A DNA stretch of 64,000 nucleotides from Candidatus Uhrbacteria bacterium (lineage in GTDB: Bacteria > Patescibacteriota > Patescibacteriia > UBA9934 > GWF2-40-263). The translations under genes were made by a program, and so were the position numbers. Positions within the stretch are counted from its first letter, which is position 1; the number at the start of each line of letters is the position of its first letter. The DNA lies in assembly GCA_016188425.1 (NCBI GenBank), contig JACPHX010000016.1:22161-86160 (forward strand), written 5' to 3'. Shown in pieces: positions 45,601 to 53,139 of this stretch. The notes under the pieces are model-generated. The model was not told the origin of the DNA, did not search any database, and saw only the letters and a list, made by a program, of their open reading frames with translations.

Positions 45601-46914
45601 GAATTGATTCGAGACGCTCAGCACGCGCGTCGCGTCGGCCGTAAGATTTTCTGATACATGCAGCACCCTGTCCGCCCCCGCGACTTCTCCCAAATCTCCT
45701 CCTGTGAACCGATTTCCCATGATGCCGTGGCCTGTCACGAGATAATCGCCGGCGACAGTAAGATTTTCCGTTGGCGTCGTATCGCCAACTCCAACGAATC
45801 CAGTTGATTTGTCCATGTATAAATCATCCGTAAAAACGGCGATGTCTCCATTGGTTGTGGAATCGGTTGCAAGATTCAGGACATTCGTCCCCGTATCATA
45901 GGAGAGCGTTCCTTCATCCGTTGCGGATGTCCCAATATGGAGGGTGGCCGGGCCCAGATACAAATCCGACCATCGTTCCCCGGTTGTCCCTAAGGAAAAA
46001 GTATCGTTGGCAAGAGGAATGATGTTGCCATCTGCTGCCAGTGTCCCCCCAGCGGTGATATAAAACTCAACCTGGTCATTTGTCCCCGCATCGGAAAGAA
46101 TTTCAATCATCCTATCATTTGTATCCGCCGATTCGCTGTCAATGTCTACAATAGCGTCGACATCCGTTCTATTCGTCGACGTATTGACGATATTCACAGC
46201 TCCCGTAAGCGCAAGGTCTGCATCCGACTCGGTTACGAGTACGGAAGAAGCTGCCCCAGTCTGCGTCGCATCGAATCCATCGAGATTATCCGCATTCATT
46301 GTCCACGGTGTTGCAGACAATCGAATGCGCGGAGTCATCTCTGCCGTGTCGGGCGAGATGGCTATCCCAATATACCGATCCGATACGGAATTGAACAAAT
46401 TGTTTGGAAGCACGTTCTGCCCGGAGTCTCCTAATAATAAGGAAAAGACACCGTCGACGACCGGAACGGAAATGGCCGCGTCCGGCGTATCGCCTCCACA
46501 ATCAATGGTGGCTGTGTTTGCGTCTGTGTTTCCAGCGCTCCATAAACAAGTACCGCCCGTGGAGGCGGTATAAATGGCGAACATCATGGAATACGAACCA
46601 TCATCCACCGTTACGCGCAATTCATTCGTGATTTTAGCTTGAAAAGAGACTACGTTAGGGACACCGACGGCCGCTTGTGCCGAAAAAGGGAGGAGTGTTG
46701 GCGCGACAAGCATGGACGCCAGCACAAAGACACACTGCATCCAACCGGACGCAATCCTCCACGAACAATCCCTAGGATGACGGTGTGTCATACCTCCCAC
46801 GTCGGCAAAATAAAATCGTGGAAATGCCATTACCTGGCAAACCCCACGATTCAGGCCTATTGGCCACTTACCGTCCTGCAAATGCATCATACCATGAAAA
46901 CAAATAGTAGTCAA
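39697..46914 (-). CDS. Giant repetitive surface protein, 2405 aa; paralog of ORF 19753..29388
   Basis: Signal-like MQCVFVLASMLVAPTLLPFSAQAA. N-terminal 140 aa, the GGGGWTDDGTLVRLTTATDNVTVG module, the DLGxxxxRWxDLYLGPATLHIGTSAT module and both C-terminal ~150-aa domains are shared with the 3211-aa protein. Divergent, acidic Pro/Thr-rich C-tail. A later start at the Met before the signal region (~46791) is possible. Confidence 0.8.
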   Translation of the reverse strand: MTTICFHGMMHLQDGKWPIGLNRGVCQVMAFPRFYFADVGGMTHRHPRDCSWRIASGWMQCVFVLASMLVAPTLLPFSAQAAVGVPNVVSFQAKITNELRVTVDDGSYSMMFAIYTASTGGTCLWSAGNTDANTATIDCGGDTPDAAISVPVVDGVFSLLLGDSGQNVLPNNLFNSVSDRYIGIAISPDTAEMTPRIRLSATPWTMNADNLDGFDATQTGAASSVLVTESDADLALTGAVNIVNTSTNRTDVDAIVDIDSESADTNDRMIEILSDAGTNDQVEFYITAGGTLAADGNIIPLANDTFSLGTTGERWSDLYLGPATLHIGTSATDEGTLSYDTGTNVLNLATDSTTNGDIAVFTDDLYMDKSTGFVGVGDTTPTENLTVAGDYLVTGHGIMGNRFTGGDLGEVAGADRVLHVSENLTADATRVLSVSNQFSPGAAGYASTAGYFQSIAKTGLINAVDTLTGVQSVVSNQAVGGGPDPITSAMAVSAQVVNESSGDITSAYGVITRPLLTGAGDITDYYAVTINDTFASSTGVVGNFYGLAIDDLSASASVAAFPIRYFGPDDFVVDVNGWIGMGTTAPDTHIDIVDAENTNFIRLTDSTNADEVDIQTGTGTPSHSAESGSIYLDQTGKLWVNSSAGDAGTTWTDLAGSVSTPDFDEVYAQSITNTNLTMEIDDATGLTYNLTTTGDFTIADAGTPFVTFADSGFVGIGDATPAALFTVGSGDLFTVDSSGNVVTTKRVDTAAHAANVGLNIPTNAGAPSSVTGTAEGDIVWDATGDGLYMYNGASFVQIGAGGGGGWTDDGTLVRLTTATDNVTVGTATNLSANLAVDGNADEIQFLVQANAAQTTNLVVFENSAGTDLFTMTNAGVGTFNGNVTLGDATTDTVSFVSRVSSAIVPSADGTLDLGTSALRWGDLYLDGATLHVGDTATNEGTLSYNSVSSIFNFGTDATSDGDIAFFTDDLYLDKSAGRVGINDTTPDGTFDIDSFATTAFALGITASSLTTGSGIEMTTGTQIAGGEAIHIASGATTGSGIVLDATSMSSGTGININTSALTTGTALAITTGTQTSGGQAIQITSGATSGDIFDVSTTSSLNGTGRVFNVTSSHNGPGFTAGEFNIINNQSGSGAAGSKGYDFIWQNSASFNGGNEIVVDIRNIEDDSGGNSDTNIQSLLRLNNSDTTLTQDMTISQALEISNTGDNTDVFSHGIKIGEAMTGNGFANGITILDGVGYGINFSDNTSVTATDFTGTAEIRLRGDYDASSASVSRIDNATLGVINLSTQTLKLTSNTTDSANVLTFDHDLASMSGSLINYASSTGYFDSVGSAFNVTSRHDGTSFGFTANKFKTVNATSGGGSNNIWGYDFAWQQDSEFNGSQEKVFEIHVVEDTATNDDLAINTLLVLDNDDTTATQSVKATNAINILNSGGIADGITNGINIDLAGTNTATVGYKVTDGVLTGIDFSSGEVDMITDFKLQSGQTIDNEDDGTFRFTSNTAAANMFSLSRSSFGAGDIVNFTSGANNFSTGSVLDLTSRHNNGASGFSAYKFNITNVHGASGGTDIGIDIPWTQSTSTAGATERVLRVENQSTSSSSDLLVDTLVYINNADPTGDGANVVVTNGLFIDSTGTSGMTNGIKINGTSGTITNGLVLGDGAGNRMTTDITLQQGETIDNDGTDGTIAIGATILDVNGVIKTDFNGAATTNGVCHSGADSDTTATDRELVVCSGAPDDIAEWYETTGDETAGDLVVATDATITYEADEVEPLTGVLTGGKIVSDLTVLDKSSTPYESRIVGIVSTSPAQSYGRGVIDAATYPKAIATAGRVPLKVSDENGVIRPGDPITSSSTAGAGMKSTLPGMVVGIALDAWNGPGVGTIRVYVQPSWHSGMAIGNDGSMISLATAAVLSAEGTATEIATAVDSRAFVFRGSAWNTDTTSADGVSMSLSLATTSTTDYRLSVKDASDQEVALINNLGTAELNGDIVIGGKLYPSASGTKQMDKYIFYDNSEGPGGDMMRTNASGWSTGSYDFAEMFPSAASLVPGDVVAFSVAGNETIMKSTGSADEILAGIISTKPGFLAGENLPGHYPVALMGRVPTRVSNENGDIAIGDPLTASSTPGVAMKATESGMIVGYALEPYTSGAADDLIVVFVQTSLFTGESESIPGTETITGTTSGVSGLSQLDLYGSFYAHGNEILDVGRINGLAGVWAIDEEGNFVTKGLVKNVIESYQGEDVETVATVSMEPFATLVGEGLLENGSATIVFEEVNPAFNDIISTFAPIRVIATPNGPVSLYVSQRDNNGFTVQQIGGTENGVSFDWVVYAYRKDHEPEVIDEIADEGAGTTTDTTTNTAPDPVDGTDTSGDAGTDPSTDVGTGDQPADPPPTEVDVPASDPVPDEIVFGPVSE

Positions 46915-46984
46915 GATATTAATTAGCTAATTTTAGATTAATAACTGATCTGTCGTTCTGCTCTGTCTCCAATTTGCGCACGAC

Positions 46985-47025
46985 TTATCCACAGGAAGTA
47001 TTTTTCAATAGTGCCTTGTGGATAA
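46985..47025. promoter_or_regulatory. 11-bp inverted repeat TTATCCACAGG-N18-CCTTGTGGATAA in an AT-rich region 70-110 bp upstream of the 2405-aa giant gene (candidate operator)
   Basis: Seen directly. Flanked by AT-rich promoter-like sequence. Confidence 0.3.
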
Positions 47026-47065
47026 CTTTGTGTCTACACTACTCTAGACAAATAGAAAACCGAAC

Positions 47066-47098
47066 AACTAAAAACCAGTTTCTTATGAAACTGGTGCG
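47066..47098 (-). terminator. Rho-independent terminator on the minus strand (accagtttc-ttatg-aaactggt followed by TTTTTAGTT), end of the tRNA-Arg/tRNA-Ala transcription unit
   Basis: Perfect 9-bp stem. The T-tract on the minus strand corresponds to aactaaaaa on plus. Confidence 0.55.
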
Positions 47099-47225
47099 TT
47101 GAAAGACCTATTTCATGGAAAAGAACTACCCCGCCGCAAAGCGGACGTGGTATCAAATGACAGAGAACAATCCTGAAATAGACTGACGCGGTAGAGCCGC
47201 CGAGGTATTGGACCTTGAGGGAATA

Positions 47226-47258
47226 AACAAAACCCCTTCGATGCGGAAGGGGTTTTGC
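47226..47258. terminator. GC-stem terminator hairpin aaaacccctt-cgatgcgg-aaggggtttt, sequence-related to the terminator at 36942-36979
   Basis: Minus strand gives the hairpin plus TTTTGTTT. Confidence 0.6.
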
Positions 47259-47359
47259 GGGAACCATGTACCAAACCTGGTGCCTGGAGGATTAGTGGCA
47301 GGGCGACAACAAACGTATGTGCTCCGTGGTTTAACCACTCATGCACCAGGTTTGGTACG
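47259..47359 (-). ncRNA. Conserved structured 3' trailer of tRNA-Ala(CGC): 16-bp stem (gtaccaaacctggtgc / gcaccaggtttggtac) enclosing a ~56-nt loop
   Basis: Inverted repeats at 47270-47286 and 47343-47359. The loop contains GTGGTTTAACCAC. Homologous to 36840-36941. Confidence 0.4.
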
Positions 47360-47435
47360 TGGTGGACTCGAGGGGAGTCGAACCCCTGACCTCTGCAATG
47401 CGAATGCAGCGCTCTACCAACTGAGCTACGAGCCC
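47360..47435 (-). tRNA. tRNA-Ala (anticodon CGC)
   Basis: Minus strand GGGCTCGTAGCTCAGTTGGTAGAGCGCTGCATTCGCATTGCAGAGGTCAGGGGTTCGACTCCCCTCGAGTCCACCA. G3:U70, anticodon loop TTCGCAT. Confidence 0.9.
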
Positions 47436-47462
47436 ATATGTAAAAATTCCAAATTCTAATTT

Positions 47463-47504
47463 CCAAGCGTCCAAGAATATAAAATTTCTTTCCTGGACGC
47501 TTGG
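47463..47504. promoter_or_regulatory. 12-bp inverted repeat ccaagcgtccaag-N17(AT-rich)-ctggacgcttgg between tRNA-Arg and tRNA-Ala (candidate processing hairpin or operator)
   Basis: Seen directly. Function unknown. Confidence 0.3.
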
Positions 47505-47531
47505 TGCTTGGGATTTGATGCTTTCCATTTT

Positions 47532-47607
47532 TGGTGTCCCTGGAGGGACTTGAACCCCCATCTCATCCTTAGGACGGATTTGCTCTATCCAGTTGAGCGA
47601 CAGGGAC
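47532..47607 (-). tRNA. tRNA-Arg (anticodon CCT)
   Basis: Minus strand GTCCCTGTCGCTCAACTGGATAGAGCAAATCCGTCCTAAGGATGAGATGGGGGTTCAAGTCCCTCCAGGGACACCA. Anticodon loop GTCCTAA. Confidence 0.85.
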
Positions 47608-47705
47608 ATCACATGTGTCGTAAAACGTACAGAACAAATCTTTCTGTACGCGATAGGACAGTGCCGATATAATACGCGGGCATTTTTCTTCGCGCAAACA
47701 CCTCT

Positions 47706-48845
47706 ATGGATATTGGCATTCTCCCTATCGCACTCGCCCTTGTTCTCTTGGGTCTGGTTGCGGTCATCGTCTTTCTTGTCCGAAAACAATCCTCTGGAAG
47801 CGCGACCGGATTGAATGCAGACCAACTGATGCAGCAAATCCACGAGATGCGACGCGACATGCAATCAATGACATCGCAAGGGCGGCAGGAAGTGCAATCG
47901 CGATTAGATCATATACAAAAAGAGTTGACGAGTAATCTCACCGAGTCCCAGCAGAGCATGCAGCGCCACTTCGCGCAGTCGGCAACGGTTATTCGTGACG
48001 TGACGGAAAAGATGACGACGCTCGATTCGACCAACAAGCAAATCCTCGGATTTTCCGAGCAGCTCACGAGCTTGGAGTCTATTCTCAAAAATCCTAAACA
48101 TCGAGGAATCCTTGGTGAATATTGGCTGGAAACGCTCTTGAGTCAAGTCCTGCAACCCACGCAGTACAAGATGCAATACGACCTTGGGATCGACGGCGGC
48201 GGCGCCCGCCTTGTCCCGGATGCCGTCATCTTCATCCGTGACATGATCATCCCGATCGATTCCAAATTCTCTTTGGAGAATTACAATAAAATCATGTCGA
48301 CCGACGATCCGGCACTGCGCGAATCCCTCGAGCGTGATTTCAAATCAGATGTAAAAAAACGAATAGACGAAACATCCAAATACATCAACCCCGAAAAAGG
48401 GACGACGAATTTCGCCTTCATGTTCGTCCCGGCCGAGGGTGTCTACCACAATCTGGTGAGCTCAAGCGTCGGCGCCGTAAACGTAAATACAAGGAGTCTT
48501 ATAGAGTACGCGTTTGAAAAAGGAGTCGTGATCGTGGCTCCCACTTCCTTCTTCGCCTACCTTCAGACGGTCATCATGGGACTCAAAGCCCTCAAAATTG
48601 AGGAGTCGGTAAAGGAGATCCAGCGGCGCTCCGAGGAGCTCATGCGGCATCTCAAGGCCTACGAGGATTATCATAATAAGCTAGGAAAACACATAGAGAC
48701 CACAATGCGTGTTTACTCTTCCTCCTCCAATGAACTCAAAAAGATCGATAAGGACATTTATCGTATCAGCGAAGGTCGCGCCGGCAAACTCCTCACCCCC
48801 CTCGCCATCACCCGCGAAGAAACGCTTGACGAGATTCAGAGCTAA
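47706..48845 (+). CDS. rmuC: DNA recombination protein RmuC
   Basis: N-terminal TM, long coiled coil, and C-terminal RmuC nuclease-like domain (FAFMFVPAEGVY...VVIVAPTSFFAYLQTV). Confidence 0.85.
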   Translation: MDIGILPIALALVLLGLVAVIVFLVRKQSSGSATGLNADQLMQQIHEMRRDMQSMTSQGRQEVQSRLDHIQKELTSNLTESQQSMQRHFAQSATVIRDVTEKMTTLDSTNKQILGFSEQLTSLESILKNPKHRGILGEYWLETLLSQVLQPTQYKMQYDLGIDGGGARLVPDAVIFIRDMIIPIDSKFSLENYNKIMSTDDPALRESLERDFKSDVKKRIDETSKYINPEKGTTNFAFMFVPAEGVYHNLVSSSVGAVNVNTRSLIEYAFEKGVVIVAPTSFFAYLQTVIMGLKALKIEESVKEIQRRSEELMRHLKAYEDYHNKLGKHIETTMRVYSSSSNELKKIDKDIYRISEGRAGKLLTPLAITREETLDEIQS

Positions 48846-48892
48846 GCTATACTATCGCCACATATCCTCAATAAATTAAGGTCTTCTCGCTA

Positions 48893-48938
48893 GCTCTTGT
48901 AACCCTTGTCGCCCTTGCGACCCTTGCCACCCTCCTCC
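48893..48938. repeat. CCCTTG-phased pyrimidine repeat upstream of rpsT (ctcttgtaacccttgtcgcccttgcgacccttgccaccc)
   Basis: Same motif family as 34690-34755 and the CCCTT 7-mers at 8311-8347. Confidence 0.5.
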
Positions 48939-48941
48939 TTT

Positions 48942-49205
48942 ATGCCAAACCTCGAAAACGCCAAAAAGGCCCTTCGCCAAAGCGAAAAGCGCGCGTACCG
49001 CAACAAAGTCGTGAAGGCCGAAATCCATTCCTTGCGCGCGCACTTGCGCAAAGCGCTGGAAGCAAAAAACCTTGAGGAGGCGGAAACCTTGGTCAAAACC
49101 CTTGCCCAGAAGCTGGACAAGGCGCACGCCAAAGGCGTCCTCAAGAAAAATACGGCCGCCCGATACAAATCCCGCATGGCACGAAAGCTCAAAGTCGCCG
49201 CCTAA
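48942..49205 (+). CDS. rpsT: 30S ribosomal protein S20
   Basis: MPNLENAKKALRQSEKRAYRNKVVK...; 87 aa from the internal Met. The ORF track N-extension to 48906 runs through the upstream repeat. Confidence 0.9.
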   Translation: MPNLENAKKALRQSEKRAYRNKVVKAEIHSLRAHLRKALEAKNLEEAETLVKTLAQKLDKAHAKGVLKKNTAARYKSRMARKLKVAA

Positions 49206-49207
49206 AC

Positions 49208-49262
49208 AAAACACCCCTCGATTCGCCAGGCGCCGCCAGGCATCACTCGGGGTGTTTTGTTT
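49208..49262. terminator. Bidirectional terminator-like hairpin aaaacacccc...ggggtgtttt between rpsT (+) and holA (-)
   Basis: Outer 8-bp stem with a long loop containing gccaggcgccgccaggc. T-run on plus strand. Overlaps the last codons of holA. Confidence 0.45.
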
Positions 49263-50235
49263 TCAAGAGGTCCGCGATCATGAGTTCGAGCGCTGCCTCG
49301 GCCGAAAGCGCGCGGCGTTTAATGAGTTGGTCTGCTTCGAGCGCTCGTGCACAGGCACGAACTAACGCGTCTGGAGAAAACGCACGCTGTTGGCTCATTG
49401 TTTTCTTGGCAACGAACTGATGCAGACGGAATACGGAGCCGAAGCCCCCTGCTGATGACGGGCCATGTTCTTGTTCCCATTGGGAAGCCGCGCGCAAGAG
49501 ACGGATTTGCCGTAACCAAAGACCCCAGAGAGAAAACGCATCGCTCCCCGCCTGGCGTTCTTTCATCAGCAATTGTGCCGCGCGCTGTCCGTCGCCTCCC
49601 GAAATCGTATCCATGAGACCGAAAAGGTTGCTCTCCGCCATCGGTCGCACCAATTCTTCTATGGCTTCCTTGGTAATCGATCCAGACCCGGCATACGAGA
49701 CCAGTTTGCGGAGCTCGGCATCCATGCGGAAGAGATCCGAGCCGACGCGGGATACTAATTCTTGCGCCTGCACACGGTCAATCCTTCCTTTAAGAGAGTT
49801 CGCGCGTTCGATCACCCACGAGACGAGTGATGCGCCCACAAGTGATGGGAAAGGATATTTATGTACTTCAGGAAGCGAGGAGACAAAGGTTATCAATGGA
49901 TGTTTTTCGATGTCTGGGACACTTTTGCAATCGAGACAGACGAGGATGGTCGAGGTGGGTATGCTTGAAAAGATTTCTTCCCAAATTTTGTAATCCGCTT
50001 TTTTTGTCGCGGAGGTGAGGATGCCCGTGACGATCACCATGCGCTTGGGAGCCAAAAAAGGGCTCTGGCGCAAGGCAACACGCACGGCATTGGGCTCGAG
50101 GCGTTCAGACTCCCGCGCGGGCAGGACGGTGACATTTATTTTGGTTGGGTCGTGCCTCTGGATAAAGGCCTGGCGCATCTGATTGGCCTTCTCCCGCACC
50201 CGGAACCCATCGTCTCCGTAAATGAAAATCCTCAT
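49243..50235 (-). CDS. holA: DNA polymerase III delta subunit
   Basis: MRIFIYGDDGFRVREKA..., delta N-terminal RFC-like fold and C-terminal helical domain. Conserved divergent/convergent pairing with rpsT. Start at the internal Met. Confidence 0.7.
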   Translation of the reverse strand: MRIFIYGDDGFRVREKANQMRQAFIQRHDPTKINVTVLPARESERLEPNAVRVALRQSPFLAPKRMVIVTGILTSATKKADYKIWEEIFSSIPTSTILVCLDCKSVPDIEKHPLITFVSSLPEVHKYPFPSLVGASLVSWVIERANSLKGRIDRVQAQELVSRVGSDLFRMDAELRKLVSYAGSGSITKEAIEELVRPMAESNLFGLMDTISGGDGQRAAQLLMKERQAGSDAFSLWGLWLRQIRLLRAASQWEQEHGPSSAGGFGSVFRLHQFVAKKTMSQQRAFSPDALVRACARALEADQLIKRRALSAEAALELMIADLLKTKHPE

Positions 50236-50346
50236 ACCGGCGCATCTTATCATAATCAGAAACCGCCCCGGACGGACGGTTTCATGTCTGTATTTTGTTG
50301 GTGTGGACGGGTTTACACCATACACGAACGGGTTTGGTATACGCCC

Positions 50347-53025
50347 CTACGATCGAATTGGCTTTAATCCCCCCCAATTATCCCCCTGTTCTACATCGAC
50401 GACCAATGGAACCTCCCAGTGGGTGACGCCCTCCATAATTTCACGGACGCCCATCGCGACCGACTTCACCGCGTCGTCATCCACTTCCAGTACGATTTCG
50501 TCGTGCACCTGGAGGATCATGGCGGCAGGCCACTTTGAGGCGGTGAGCCAGCCGTCCACGGCGATCATCGCCTTCTTCATAAGGTCGGCGGCCGTGCCTT
50601 GGATGGGCATATTAATGGCCATGCGTTCCGCTTGCGCGATGAGTTGCGGGACGGATCCCCGGATTTCTGGCAGATAGCGGCGACGGCCAAAAAGCGTCTC
50701 GACGTACCCCTTTTCGTGGGCGAAGGCCTTCATCGCATCGAGATACTCGCGAATGCCGGTGTGTATCGAGAAGTATGTTTCAATAAATGTCTTCGCTTCA
50801 TCCTGCTTCATTCCCGTCGAAGCGGCGAGCGAACGGGAACCCATGCCATAGAGGATGCCGAAGTTGATCGCTTTTGCGGCCCGCCTCTGTTCCTTCGTCA
50901 CTCTCCCTTCCTCCACTCCCCACACTTCCGCCGCCGTGCGCGTATGCACGTCCGCTCCATCGACGAACGCTTGGATGAACGGTTTGTCTTTGGCGATGAC
51001 GGCGGCGAGACGCAATTCGATTTGGGAGTAGTCGGCCGAAACCAACTTCTTCCCTCGTCCAGCGACGAACGCCTTACGAATCTCATTCCCCAGTTCAGTT
51101 TTGATCGGGATATTCTGCAGGTTGGGGTCTTTAGACGACAAACGCCCGGTCGCTGCCACGGCCTGCTGGTAGGTAGTATGAATGCGCCCATCCTGCTCTA
51201 TCAACGACGGTAAAGCTTCGACATACGTCGATTGGAGCTTAGACCATTCGCGGTATTGGGAGATGAACGGGATGACCGGATGCGCATCCATCATCTTTTC
51301 GAGCTCAGGCGCCGCGGTCGAGAATCCCTGTTTCGTCCGTTTTATCCCCTTGGTCGGCAACGCGAGCTTTTCGTAGAGAACTTGCCCCAGCTGGCTCGGT
51401 GAGTTGATGTTGAACGTGGAACCGGCGGCTTTGTAGATATCCTGGGCTACTTGTTCCAGGTCGTGCTTGAGACGCTTGGAGAGTTTCGTAAGCGCACTTT
51501 GATCCAGAGAGATCCCTGTTTTCTCCATCTTGTTGAGGATAGGCACCAAAGGCATTTCCATGTCTTCAAAGACGGGTTGAGCGCCCTCGTCTGCGAGCTT
51601 TTTCTTGAGGATAGCTTTGAGGCCAGGCAAAAGCGCGGTCGTTTGCGCAAGCAAACGCAGTTCTTTTTCCACCGTAAACTGCCGCGGCCATTCGGGGAGC
51701 TGGATGTGTTGATATTCGTTGACGATGGAAGGGAGATCGTGACCGCGCGTGCCCGGGTTCAGGACATACGCCGCCAGCATGATATCGAACCAGCGCGCGT
51801 CGGTCGCAAACGGGTAGAGTTTGAGCGAGGATTTAAGATCGTGCGTGGCCACATGGCTGGCATGGGCCAGACGATCATGAAGATGTCGAAGGGATTCCGC
51901 GGATGGATGAGTCAGGAGAAGCGTCGTCTTCCCATCACTGACACACAAAGCCGAGAGTCTCGATCCGAACAAGTCCGCCGGCTGCTCCCCCAGAAGAAAC
52001 GCGACTGTTTCACCGGAAAGTTTGGTGAGCGCCTCCGTGAATTGTGTTTCTGTGACGGTTTTGACCTCGTCTTTTGACGCAACTACCCCACGGACTCTCC
52101 CCCTGCCAAGGGGGAGTTGGAGGGGGTTTGGCTCGTTCTCGTGGCGACGAATAAGTGTTTTGAAACCGTACTCTCGATAAAAAGCGAGGACTTTGTCCCA
52201 GGTGGGGGAGATCGCGGTACTGGCCAAGTCTATCTTGAGCGGCAAATCGCGAACGATGGTGACAAGGGCGCGCGCCATCTCCGCTGTCTTTTCCTGGCCT
52301 TCCAATTTTTGCGCGTATTTGGAAGAAAGCGTCCCCGCTTTGAGCGCTTCAAACATTTTCTCGATCGAATGGTACTTTCCAACCAACTCTTCCGCCGACT
52401 TTTCCCCGATGCCGCGCACGCCAGGGATGTTATCGGACGTATCCCCACGTAACGCCTTGTATTCGATGAGTTCCGTGGGGGTCAGGCCGCCATAGCGTTC
52501 TTTTACCGCATCGATGTCATAGCGCTTCGTCTGCGACAGGCCTTTTACGAAAAACAGCACTTCCGTCGTCTTGTCGACGAGCTGGAGCGAGTCCAAGTCG
52601 CCGGTGACGATCATGGTCTGCCACTGCTTCTCTTTGGCCTTTTCCGCAAGCGTCCCGATGATGTCGTCGGCTTCATACCCCGGGAGCGACACGCTGGGGA
52701 TGCCGAAGGTGGCCAACAGATCCTGGATCATGGGGATCTGGTCGTAGAGTTCTTGTTCCTTGGTTTCCCGCTGGGCTTTGTACGGCTCAAACATCTCGTG
52801 GCGGAAGGTCTTGCCTGGCAAATCCCAAGCGACGGCGACATAGGCCGGTTTTTGGTCGGTAAGCAATTTTTCAAGCACCATCGCAAACCCATAGACGGCG
52901 TTTACGACCGTGCCGTCGGGTTTGGTGAGCGGAGGGATGGCATGCCAAGCGCGATGCAAAAGCGCATTGCCATCGAGCAAAACAAACAGAGGATTTTTGG
53001 TAGTCATGTATGCTGATACTAGCAA
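50347..53025 (-). CDS. polA: DNA polymerase I
   Basis: 5'-3' exonuclease (FVLLDGNALLHRAWHA), 3'-5' exo-like and polymerase domains (motif A DYSQIELR, motif B RRAAKAINFGILYG, motif C QVHDEIVLE). An alternative start Met lies at 53007. Confidence 0.95.
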   Translation of the reverse strand: MLVSAYMTTKNPLFVLLDGNALLHRAWHAIPPLTKPDGTVVNAVYGFAMVLEKLLTDQKPAYVAVAWDLPGKTFRHEMFEPYKAQRETKEQELYDQIPMIQDLLATFGIPSVSLPGYEADDIIGTLAEKAKEKQWQTMIVTGDLDSLQLVDKTTEVLFFVKGLSQTKRYDIDAVKERYGGLTPTELIEYKALRGDTSDNIPGVRGIGEKSAEELVGKYHSIEKMFEALKAGTLSSKYAQKLEGQEKTAEMARALVTIVRDLPLKIDLASTAISPTWDKVLAFYREYGFKTLIRRHENEPNPLQLPLGRGRVRGVVASKDEVKTVTETQFTEALTKLSGETVAFLLGEQPADLFGSRLSALCVSDGKTTLLLTHPSAESLRHLHDRLAHASHVATHDLKSSLKLYPFATDARWFDIMLAAYVLNPGTRGHDLPSIVNEYQHIQLPEWPRQFTVEKELRLLAQTTALLPGLKAILKKKLADEGAQPVFEDMEMPLVPILNKMEKTGISLDQSALTKLSKRLKHDLEQVAQDIYKAAGSTFNINSPSQLGQVLYEKLALPTKGIKRTKQGFSTAAPELEKMMDAHPVIPFISQYREWSKLQSTYVEALPSLIEQDGRIHTTYQQAVAATGRLSSKDPNLQNIPIKTELGNEIRKAFVAGRGKKLVSADYSQIELRLAAVIAKDKPFIQAFVDGADVHTRTAAEVWGVEEGRVTKEQRRAAKAINFGILYGMGSRSLAASTGMKQDEAKTFIETYFSIHTGIREYLDAMKAFAHEKGYVETLFGRRRYLPEIRGSVPQLIAQAERMAINMPIQGTAADLMKKAMIAVDGWLTASKWPAAMILQVHDEIVLEVDDDAVKSVAMGVREIMEGVTHWEVPLVVDVEQGDNWGGLKPIRS
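52085..52135. repeat. GC-rich hairpin element family 1-like, inserted in-frame in the polA interdomain linker (encodes NPLQLPLGRGRVRGV)
   Basis: The minus strand ccaaaccccctccaactcccccttggcagggggagagtccgtgg shares the ctcccccttggcaggggg core with 5572-5620 and 3558-3610. Confidence 0.5.
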
Positions 53026-53139
53026 AAATAGGCAAATTTTTCAATAAAAAAGTGGTGTCACTTGCAGATGGGAAACGAACCCCATAGGCAGATGACACGC
53101 ACAGAGATTGCCGTACCGCCTTTGGGCGGCATCAGGAGA

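Noticed and set aside
47034-47466. ORFs 47034..47267, 47113..47466 and 47153..47338 on the minus strand
   Set aside because: They overlap tRNA-Ala(CGC), its structured trailer and two terminators. They are read-through frames of non-coding DNA.
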